A stretch of DNA of 24,637 nt, from positions 1-24,637 of the forward strand of contig NJBH01000046.1 of assembly GCA_005223125.1 (NCBI GenBank), read 5' to 3'. Below, piece after piece: positions 16,808 to 24,637 of the stretch. The position numbers and the translations under genes were made by a program. The DNA is from Promethearchaeota archaeon Loki_b32. GTDB lineage: Archaea > Asgardarchaeota > Lokiarchaeia > Sigyniarchaeales > SOKP01. Position 1 is the stretch's first letter, and each line of letters begins with the position of its first letter. The notes beneath the pieces are model-generated. The model saw only the letters and a program-made list of their open reading frames with translations, was not told the origin of the DNA and made no database searches.

Positions 16808-19201
16808 TTGAAAATTGGCCTCTTTATCTGTGATTGTGGTAAAAATATTAGCGGTGTAATCAATAATGAGTCACTAATTAAACATTTTGAGCAATATTCT
16901 AATTTATATGTGTTTAGAGACCAGTATTTATGTTCTGAATCGGGATTAAATAAAATTATTGATGAAATTAGGGAAAAAAAAGTCGATCGTGTAGTGGTTG
17001 CTGCTTGTTCATTTAAATTACATGGATTATTATTTCGTAAAACCATTGAAAAAGCTGGAATTAACAGATTTTTAATATCTTTTGCTAATATTCGAGAACA
17101 AAATTCATGGGTTCATTATGATGAGCCAGAAAAAGCAACAAAGAAGGCAATAGATCAGATAAATATGGCTATCGAACAAGTTAAACTTCTCGAACCATTA
17201 GAAATTAAGTATTCTAATATAAATCCCTCGGTTTTAATCATCGGAGGAGGAATTGCGGGAATAAAAGCAGCGCTAGCAATTGCAGATACGGGTAATAATG
17301 TATATTTAGTTGAAAAAGAAGCTACAATTGGGGGTCATATGGCACTTTTTGATAAAACATTTCCCACTCTTGATTGCTCAATTTGCGTGCTTGGTCCTAT
17401 GATGACAGAAGTTAAGGATCATCCCAATATCGAATTACTTACTTATTCTACAGTTGAAAATGTTGATGGCTATATTGGAAATTTCGATATAACAATCAAG
17501 AAAAATCCTCGATTTATAAAAGAAGACAAGTGTGTAGGATGTTTTGATATCTGCAGAGATGTGTGTCCTATAGACATAGAGGATACCTTCTTTCCAAGAA
17601 AAGCTATAGATGTTCCATATCCTCAAGCCATACCTTTATATCCAAATATCCTAGAAGATTACTGCATTGGCTGCAAAGCCTGCGCTCAAGCATGTGGAGA
17701 GAGAGATGCTATTGATTTTGAACAAGAACCAGAAATTATTGATATTAAAGTTGGCTCAATAATAGTTGCAACAGGTCTAAAACCATTTGATCCTTCGATA
17801 TTAGCGGAATATAGTTATGAAAAATATCCCGACGTAGTAACTACAATGCAAATGGAGAGATTACTTAATAATGATGGTCCAAGCCAAGGTAAATTAGTAA
17901 GGCCTTCTGATGGTCAAATTCCTAAAAAAGTATCTTTTGTTTTATGTGTTGGTTCTCGTAATAAAAAAATTCATCACGAGTATTGTAGTCAAGTATGTTG
18001 TAATGTAGCAATAAAGCAAGCAGTTCTAATAAAAAAAGAAAACCCTGACATTGCAATTAATATATACTACACAGACATTAGAGCAAATGGAAAAAACTGT
18101 GAGGAATTTTACAATAGAGCCCGAGAGGCTTTTGGAATTCGCTTTATAAAAAGTAGTATCTCCGCAATATTAAAGAACGATACTTCAAATGAGTTAATAG
18201 TTCGTGGCGAAGATATAATTGAAGATGCTATTTTCGAGAATAAAACAGATTTAGTTGTTTTAACAGTGGGTATAGAACCTGCTGAAGGAACAGGTGAGTT
18301 AAGTAAAATATTAAATATATCTCAAGATCCAAATGGTTTTTTCTTAGAACGACATCTTAAAATTAGACCTTCTGAAACGCTTGTAAGCGGTATCTACTTA
18401 GCAGGAGCAATACAAGGTCCTAAAGATATACCTTCAAGTATTGCTCAGGCCGAAAGTGCTGCTGCTAAAGCATTAGGACTGATTGCTCGTAAAAAAGTAG
18501 AGTTAGATCCACATATCGTTTATTTTAATAAAGAAAAGTGCGATTTATGTAGATTGTGTGAAAATATATGTCAGTACAACGCTTTGAAGATTGAAGAAAA
18601 CAAATTAAAGATAATTCCCGCGAATTGTACGGGTTGTGGTGCTTGTGTTGCAATGTGTCCTTATGATGCTCTCTATATTCCAGGATTTCGAAAGACACAA
18701 ATTTCCGCCCAATTACAGGCAATTCTTAGAGAAAAGCAAGAGTCTCCTTTGATAGTGGCATTTCTATGCAATTGGTGTTCTTATGTGGGAGCAGACCTTG
18801 CAGGAACAAGCAAAATAATTTATCCAACTAATGTAAGGACTATTCATGTTATGTGTACAGCTATGCTTAATCCATCAATAGTTTTTGAAAGTTTCTTCTA
18901 TGGAGCTGATGGTGTATTAATTGCTGGTTGTTATCCTCAAGATTGTCATTATGAAACAGGGTTTATTAAGACGGAAACTCGGTATGAAAGTATAAGAGAA
19001 ATGTTAGCTGAAGCAAATATAAATAAAAACCGAATTAAGATAATAAGTATATCCGCGGGAGAAGGGGAAAAATATGCTAAAACCATAGTACAATTTAAAG
19101 AAGAATTATCCAATCTAGGCCCGATTCGACCCGATGAGTACATAAAATCCCCTTCAAGCAGAGAAAAAATAAAAGATAAAGCTAAATTAGATGAAATTTA
19201 G
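16808..19201 (+). CDS. hdrA: HdrA-MvhD fusion (flavin-based electron-bifurcating heterodisulfide reductase subunit A)
   Basis: CDCGKNI, AACS, ANIREQ, IIGGGIAG, DKTFPTLDCSIC, ferredoxin inserts, CVGSR, YCSQVCC, GPKDIP; C-terminal MvhD FLCNWCSYVGADLAG..GADGV..GC...DCHY. Confidence 0.95.
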   Translation: MKIGLFICDCGKNISGVINNESLIKHFEQYSNLYVFRDQYLCSESGLNKIIDEIREKKVDRVVVAACSFKLHGLLFRKTIEKAGINRFLISFANIREQNSWVHYDEPEKATKKAIDQINMAIEQVKLLEPLEIKYSNINPSVLIIGGGIAGIKAALAIADTGNNVYLVEKEATIGGHMALFDKTFPTLDCSICVLGPMMTEVKDHPNIELLTYSTVENVDGYIGNFDITIKKNPRFIKEDKCVGCFDICRDVCPIDIEDTFFPRKAIDVPYPQAIPLYPNILEDYCIGCKACAQACGERDAIDFEQEPEIIDIKVGSIIVATGLKPFDPSILAEYSYEKYPDVVTTMQMERLLNNDGPSQGKLVRPSDGQIPKKVSFVLCVGSRNKKIHHEYCSQVCCNVAIKQAVLIKKENPDIAINIYYTDIRANGKNCEEFYNRAREAFGIRFIKSSISAILKNDTSNELIVRGEDIIEDAIFENKTDLVVLTVGIEPAEGTGELSKILNISQDPNGFFLERHLKIRPSETLVSGIYLAGAIQGPKDIPSSIAQAESAAAKALGLIARKKVELDPHIVYFNKEKCDLCRLCENICQYNALKIEENKLKIIPANCTGCGACVAMCPYDALYIPGFRKTQISAQLQAILREKQESPLIVAFLCNWCSYVGADLAGTSKIIYPTNVRTIHVMCTAMLNPSIVFESFFYGADGVLIAGCYPQDCHYETGFIKTETRYESIREMLAEANINKNRIKIISISAGEGEKYAKTIVQFKEELSNLGPIRPDEYIKSPSSREKIKDKAKLDEI

Positions 19202-19362
19202 GAAATATTTACTTTAAAATAAAGTATTTTCTTTATCTGGAACAGAAATTATCATTTTTAATAACCATTTCTCTTATAAACCTTATTAATAGATATTTTC
19301 TATTATATTATAGTACGAGAATTTTAATTCTAAATTTAAATATACAAGAATTTTAATTAAAT

Positions 19363-20649
19363 ATGCGAATTCGTGCAATTTCCATAGGTCAAATAATTCC
19401 TTTTTTATTAAAAAATGAATCCATCTTATCGTTTTTACAAGAAAAACTTGAATCTTTTTCTAAGTTTAATGATATGATGATAGCCTCTTTTGAAGATATA
19501 GGTATTTCTGTACAATCTAAGAGAATTTTTTCTCAACCACTTTTTGCTTATGATAATAAATTATTTTATGAAAAAAACTTAAAAGAGACTTTAGTAGACA
19601 TAAATAATCAATTAAGCTTTTTGCAAGATATATTTAAAGACTATAAATTTGATTATTTTGCCTGCTGTATGATGTTAGCCTCATCAATTCAAGAATTGGG
19701 TATTTTTGAGAAATTATTATTAAATGAGGTTCCTCAATTTATTAAAAATCATGATATTTTTTTTACATCATTGCCAGTTGCATCAACTAAAAACGGTATT
19801 AATATAGCAGCTTTAAAATCAGGCGCAAAAATAATAAAAGAATTATCTGAACCGGATCCTTTTAAAAATTTACAATTTTGCATATCTGCTAATGTAGGTC
19901 CAAATATTCCTTTCTTTCCCTCAGCTTATCATTTTTCAGAAAAACCTGCTTTTTCCTTAGCTTTAGAAATGGCAGATGAGGTAATAGAAGTTATTGAAGA
20001 ATCCGAAACATTAAAAGATGCTCAACTTAATTTGTTAGCGAAATTTAATGAAATTTATGATAATTTAACAAAAATGGCTGAAAAAGTTAGTAGAAACTTC
20101 GATATTGAATTTAAAGGTATAGATTTTTCCCCTGCGCCCTATCCTATGATTGATAAGAGTATTGGAACTGCTATTGAAAAATTAGGAGTTGAATATTTTG
20201 GAGCTAACGGAACGTTAACGGCAGTTGCTTTAATTAAAAATTCTATTCCTGTTGATAAAGAGAAAGTAATAGGTTTTTCAGGATTCATGCAACCTGTTTT
20301 AGAAGATTTTATTTTATCTAAAAGACTGTCTGAAAATAAATATAATTTAGATTCACTTTTATTATATTCTACTATGTGTGGTACAGGTCTCGATGTAGTT
20401 CCACTTCCAGGTGATATTACGGAAAAGGAATTATTTTATATATTACTCGATATTTGTACAATTTCTGTAAGATTGAATAAACCTTTAACTTGTAGACTTA
20501 TGCCAATACCAGGAAAAAATATAGGCGATGATGTTGAGTTTGATTTTGAATATTTTGCACCGTCCAAAATAATTGATTTTAGAAGGTTAGTTAGTGAGAA
20601 TAAGAATGATTTATTTAATCGAAATGAGAAATATTTAAAATTTCTTTAA
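19363..20649 (+). CDS. DUF711 family protein
   Basis: MRIRAIS, PFFPSAYH, GIDFSPAP, GFSGFMQPVLED, YSTMCGTGLDVVPLPGD, KPLTCRLMPIPG. Confidence 0.85.
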   Translation: MRIRAISIGQIIPFLLKNESILSFLQEKLESFSKFNDMMIASFEDIGISVQSKRIFSQPLFAYDNKLFYEKNLKETLVDINNQLSFLQDIFKDYKFDYFACCMMLASSIQELGIFEKLLLNEVPQFIKNHDIFFTSLPVASTKNGINIAALKSGAKIIKELSEPDPFKNLQFCISANVGPNIPFFPSAYHFSEKPAFSLALEMADEVIEVIEESETLKDAQLNLLAKFNEIYDNLTKMAEKVSRNFDIEFKGIDFSPAPYPMIDKSIGTAIEKLGVEYFGANGTLTAVALIKNSIPVDKEKVIGFSGFMQPVLEDFILSKRLSENKYNLDSLLLYSTMCGTGLDVVPLPGDITEKELFYILLDICTISVRLNKPLTCRLMPIPGKNIGDDVEFDFEYFAPSKIIDFRRLVSENKNDLFNRNEKYLKFL

Positions 20650-20700
20650 TAACATTTTTTAGAGAGAGTATCTAATTATTTCTTTGGGAACAATTTTGAA

Positions 20701-21186
20701 ATGATTTTAAAAAACTCTTTTATTTTTTATATGCGTGAGAAAAAGAAAAAGAAACCATTACGATTCTTCAATGAAGCTGTAGAATATATTGATAAATTTG
20801 ATACTATAGATATGCTTATTGAAGATAATACAGTTCCTTTAGAGTTGAAAGATTATAGTTCTAATTTTTTGAGAAATGAGATGTTAGATGAATTAAATAA
20901 TCTGAGTAATATTATCAAAAACAATCCAGATTTAAAATTAAAGGCTTTAACTAAAGCTGAAAAACAAATATTTCAAAATTTCATTAAATTCTACTCTAAA
21001 TGCCCTATCTGTGGAAATTTAAACCACTTCTTCAATTTAAAACGAGTGTTTTTTGACGATGATAAGAAATTATTAATAAAGGAATTGATAAGATTAATGA
21101 CATTAAATAATAGAAAGATAGAGAAATTCAAAATACAGCTAGGTGTCCCTTGCTGTAATTGCTATAAGAATTTCTATGAAGAGTAA
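20701..21186 (+). CDS. Hypothetical protein with putative Zn site; start possibly 20731
   Basis: CPICG and CCNC motifs. Confidence 0.65.
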   Translation: MILKNSFIFYMREKKKKKPLRFFNEAVEYIDKFDTIDMLIEDNTVPLELKDYSSNFLRNEMLDELNNLSNIIKNNPDLKLKALTKAEKQIFQNFIKFYSKCPICGNLNHFFNLKRVFFDDDKKLLIKELIRLMTLNNRKIEKFKIQLGVPCCNCYKNFYEE

Positions 21187-21189
21187 TTT

Positions 21190-21546
21190 TTATTCTAAGT
21201 ATTCAATAACTTTCCCACTTTGGGTAATTTCATAGAATATCTCATTATTATTTTCATCTTCTACTACGTTTATGCAAAAAGCCTTAATCAAAAAATCCAT
21301 GTTGTAATTAAACATAAATTCATCTTCGATTAATTTCTCATCAACAAGTTTACTTAATAATTCTTCTCTTGAAATACATTTTAAATTGTTTACAACCGTT
21401 AATATTTCCCGGCGAACTGGATGGTTTACGGCCTTCAAATAAAGATCGTGCAAATATCTTGTCCCCTCAACTGTTTTACTGAATTCTTCCATTGTTTTGT
21501 AATTCTTGAAATCAAACTCATCAGGCATATTCAAGTAAAAGAGCAT
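21190..21546 (-). CDS. Winged-helix (ArsR-like) domain protein; start possibly 21528
   Basis: KAVNHPVRREIL...FNYNMDFL.......YEITQSGK wHTH pattern. Confidence 0.7.
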   Translation of the reverse strand: MLFYLNMPDEFDFKNYKTMEEFSKTVEGTRYLHDLYLKAVNHPVRREILTVVNNLKCISREELLSKLVDEKLIEDEFMFNYNMDFLIKAFCINVVEDENNNEIFYEITQSGKVIEYLE

Positions 21547-21673
21547 TGAAAGAAATAATTTGCCTTTTTCTAAATCAAAATTCTAAGGACTTTATATAAT
21601 TGGAGTTAAAGTTAATAATTGAATGGATTATAATATCATTCTTTTAATGTGTTAAATTATTGAAAAGAATAAA

Positions 21674-21937
21674 ATGCTAAATACTTCTAAAATGGAACCT
21701 ATTAAGAATAAAGAGAAAGTAGCAGAAAAAATTGATAGTTTATGGGTAAAAAATTCATCTACTAATAAAAAACCTAAATTTGAAACTAAAAAATTACTTA
21801 TTAAGCTAGAAACAAACGGTTCAGAGAAAAGAAAAATTATGCTAAAGATGGAAAGCGGAAGTCCAAAGGTTCATACTAGTAATTATTCTCTCATCTCTGA
21901 GTTATTAAGAGATTTTTTAATGGTTCATCTAATTTAG
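21674..21937 (+). CDS. Hypothetical basic protein
   Basis: 87-aa ORF fills an otherwise empty gap; no motif recognised. Confidence 0.55.
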   Translation: MLNTSKMEPIKNKEKVAEKIDSLWVKNSSTNKKPKFETKKLLIKLETNGSEKRKIMLKMESGSPKVHTSNYSLISELLRDFLMVHLI

Positions 21938-22074
21938 AATGAAGATATTTCTTTTTTATTCTTAAACTCTTCTCTATAATAAATTTTCTATAAGTAAATT
22001 AAAAGTAAAATATTTTATATTAGGACTCTTATTTCTTCATTAATTTTAACAAATACAAAAATAATGAAGATAAA

Positions 22075-23136
22075 ATGGATTTAGAAGAAATTAAAGTTTT
22101 TTTAGGACCAGATGCAAATTCTTTACTAAACCATACATGTACTGGAATTCCTAAGGAAATGATTCACCTTCCTGGTCCAGATTTTATTGAACGAGTTGTA
22201 GCTCATTCAGATAGAAATAATCTAGTGTTAAATAATTTAGGACGATTATTTAATCTAACCGGTAGGTTAGCAGGGACAGGTTATCTCTCTATATTACCGG
22301 TAGATCAAGGAATTGAACACACTGCTTCAGCTAGCTTTGCAGTTAACCCTTCATATTTTGATCCTGAAAACATAATCAAACTAGCGATTAATGGAGGTTG
22401 TAATGCTGTAGCTTCTACACTTGGTGTGCTAGGATCTGTTTCACGGCGATATGCCCATAAAATTCCTTTTTTAGTAAAAATTAATCACAACGAGCTACTT
22501 ACAAAACCAAATCTCTCTGATCAAACATTATTTGCAAATGTTGATCAAGCCTGGGATATGGGTGCCGCAGCAGTAGGAGCAACAATATATTTTGGTTCAA
22601 TAAATTCACGACGTCAAATTCAGGAAATAAGTGAATCATTCAAGTACGCCCATGAGTTAGGGTTAGTTTGTGTACTATGGTGTTATTTAAGAAATCCGGA
22701 TGAGTTTATAAAAAACGGAAAAGATTATCATACTGCAAATGATCTAGAAAGTCAAGCTAATTATCTTGGAGTTACAATTGAGGCGGATATTATAAAGCAA
22801 AAATTATCCACACTCAGTCGAGGATTTCTTGATTTAAATTTTGGTAAAACTGATAAACTTGTTTATGACAAACTAGCAACAGATCACCCAATTGAATGGA
22901 ATCGTTACCAGGTAGCAAATTGCTTTATGGGAAGAGCAGGGCTCATTAATTCTGGAGGAGAAGCTGGGGGTAATGATCTTCAAGATGCGATAAGAGCAGC
23001 AATAATAAATAAGCGATCCGGAGGCATGGGGCTCATACTTGGAAGAAAAGCATTCAAGAAGCCCACCCAAGAAGGGATAAAGATACTTAATGCTGTTCAA
23101 GATGTATATTTAAACAAAGATATTACTATTGCATAA
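22075..23136 (+). CDS. fbaB: Class I fructose-bisphosphate aldolase (FbaB/DhnA type)
   Basis: [56 protein letters not shown] (Schiff-base Lys), [16 protein letters not shown]. Confidence 0.95.
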   Translation: MDLEEIKVFLGPDANSLLNHTCTGIPKEMIHLPGPDFIERVVAHSDRNNLVLNNLGRLFNLTGRLAGTGYLSILPVDQGIEHTASASFAVNPSYFDPENIIKLAINGGCNAVASTLGVLGSVSRRYAHKIPFLVKINHNELLTKPNLSDQTLFANVDQAWDMGAAAVGATIYFGSINSRRQIQEISESFKYAHELGLVCVLWCYLRNPDEFIKNGKDYHTANDLESQANYLGVTIEADIIKQKLSTLSRGFLDLNFGKTDKLVYDKLATDHPIEWNRYQVANCFMGRAGLINSGGEAGGNDLQDAIRAAIINKRSGGMGLILGRKAFKKPTQEGIKILNAVQDVYLNKDITIA

Positions 23137-23230
23137 GAAAATTATTTTTTTCTTTTCTTTTAAAAAATACTTATGATATAAGAAATATAATTGAAAGAAT
23201 TTATAAATTTAAAATTTCATTTTTAATTAT

Positions 23231-24319
23231 CTAATCATCGTTATTTGGAATTTTGGGTAATTGTCTTCGTCCACTTGGTTTGTTCTCTTTGGATTTCTTT
23301 AAAATATCAATTATTTCAGCTTTTCGAACATTAGGGGGTAAATCTATTTTATTCTCTTCGGCATAAGTTTTGAGATCTTTTACAGTCATCGAATTAAAAT
23401 CTGAGGTTTCTTTAACTGTATCCACTTTTTTTACAGATGTCGTATTTTTTGAGCCAGTTTTGGATTCTTCCACTTTTTCTAATATTTCTACAGCTTCTAC
23501 AATCCCTTTATTCTCATCAAACCAAATCCTTAATATATGATTTTCTAATTCGATCATATCATGTGGAACATTTTTAACTGGTTCCCAATCAGTTTCTACG
23601 ACTTCTTTACCAAAAACTTTCGCAGTTTTTGAGACTGCGGCATAAAGTGTATGACCTAGAATAAGGTTTAATCTTTTATATCCATCAGAAACTTCTGCAT
23701 TAAGAATTCTTTCTTTAATTATCTTTCTTTGTTCTTCTGATAAACCAGTTGGTTTTGAGATTCTTGATGGTTTTGCCATTGCTGGTTTTTGATATTGAGA
23801 TCTTGATTTTGGTGCTGAGTAAGACGAGACTACAACCTCACTACTAAGATCTTGTAGTGCTGGCGAGAAATATTCCTCTTCTGTTTGTGTTTTAGAAGCT
23901 TTTGGAGTAACATCTGTTATTGTTGACTGTTCCATTTTTTCTCGTTCAATATTTCGAACATATCGCATATCTGCTAATCGTTCAGTTACTTCCATCGATT
24001 CTAATCTGAAAGTATTTAAAAATTCTGAAGGTTCATCTCCCGCATCTACAGAAACAATCTTGCAGCGATGGTACCTAGCATCTATCATTAACTCTTCTTG
24101 AAGTGCTTGAGCTACTCTTGAGCTTATAAATCGTTTTCGAACTGGTGATTTTGGACCTTTCCAAATGAAGATTCTTCTTAAATCTTCTCTAATTATTACA
24201 AGAACTTGTTCTGGATGCAGATTTTCTTTGAGACGCTCTTCTTCAATATCTAATCGCTTTTTTTCTCCAGAATCATCCAGTTCATATACCATAAATGATT
24301 CATATTCAGTCATTTTCAT
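23231..24319 (-). CDS. Asgard gelsolin-domain protein with C-terminal helix-extension-helix (Rho-N/SAP/LEM-like) domain
   Basis: N-terminal LHPEQVLVII..DLRRIFIWKGPKS...RF......VDAGDEPSEFL gelsolin pattern; C-terminal FNSMTVKDLKTYAEENKIDL...RKAEIIDIL. Confidence 0.8.
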   Translation of the reverse strand: MKMTEYESFMVYELDDSGEKKRLDIEEERLKENLHPEQVLVIIREDLRRIFIWKGPKSPVRKRFISSRVAQALQEELMIDARYHRCKIVSVDAGDEPSEFLNTFRLESMEVTERLADMRYVRNIEREKMEQSTITDVTPKASKTQTEEEYFSPALQDLSSEVVVSSYSAPKSRSQYQKPAMAKPSRISKPTGLSEEQRKIIKERILNAEVSDGYKRLNLILGHTLYAAVSKTAKVFGKEVVETDWEPVKNVPHDMIELENHILRIWFDENKGIVEAVEILEKVEESKTGSKNTTSVKKVDTVKETSDFNSMTVKDLKTYAEENKIDLPPNVRKAEIIDILKKSKENKPSGRRQLPKIPNNDD

Positions 24320-24546
24320 TCAGTGGATAAATTAATTTATGATTTTTTAATTTCTCAGTGAAATATAAAGATTTTTATATAAAATATTTGAAATTTCTTT
24401 TCAAATTAACTTATTTTAAAGAAAATATAAATTAAATTATTTTAAATTTATTTTTTTGAAAAACTAGAAAGATCTTTTTTGGTAGCGTTATAATTTTACT
24501 TTAAAATAAACTTTAATGTCAAACCCCACTCACTCGACAAAATAGA

Positions 24547-24637
24547 TTAGGCCCCCTCTAGTTGAGTCAGATTATCTTTAAATTGGGTGAAGTTTCCCGT
24601 GTCTTTATCTCTAATTCTCCACGTGCGCCTTACTGTT
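24547..24637 (-). CDS. 3' end of a gene entering from the right edge, possibly IS-encoded
   Basis: Open frame ...TVRRTWRIRDKDTGNFTQFKDNLTQLEGA* with stop at 24547-49. GC content drops abruptly left of ~24517. Confidence 0.35.
   Translation of the reverse strand, partial: TVRRTWRIRDKDTGNFTQFKDNLTQLEGA

Noticed and set aside
2347-19201. Selenocysteine codons or SECIS in the hdr genes
   Set aside because: No in-frame TGA in hdrA, hdrB or hdrC.
1603-23100. Remaining short ORF-track entries (1603, 2673, 3567, 4130, 5313, 5480, 5763, 11697, 12720, 14295, 16098, 16762, 17435, 18525, 18949, 22873)
   Set aside because: Antisense or overlapping shadows of well-supported genes, with no motifs of their own.
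5335-23233. Genome-wide TAG recoding (pyrrolysine)
   Set aside because: Many complete genes end in TAG at their expected C-termini, and no conserved domain is interrupted by TAG.

Overview
AT-rich archaeal DNA, most likely Asgard archaea (Lokiarchaeia/Promethearchaeia-like). The evidence is a Rab-like small GTPase, a longin/uDENN-like protein, a gelsolin-domain protein and a surface protein with a Loki-CTERM-like tail. Most of the window is anaerobic housekeeping: hdrC-hdrB, a separate HdrA-MvhD fusion, the MA1821/MA1822-type homocysteine synthesis pair, an EamA transporter, a SAM methyltransferase, DUF711, class I FBP aldolase and an orphan N6-adenine-type DNA methyltransferase. Three accessory-looking zones stand out. 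(1) 1-2000 holds small ORFs with strong Shine-Dalgarno motifs, including a stand-alone BRCT and a HAD phosphatase. (2) 8560-11950 holds an unannotated zinc-ribbon microprotein, a ~147-nt candidate structured ncRNA with its own TATA-like box, and a ~2.5-kb integrase-less island. The island is bounded by a duplicated 3' end of an MBL-hydrolase gene and carries a twice-frameshifted gene, a 5x156-bp repeat beta-propeller surface protein with hypervariable mosaic positions, and a remnant of a second such gene. (3) The right edge may be an IS end. All calls are from reading motifs by eye; no searches were run.
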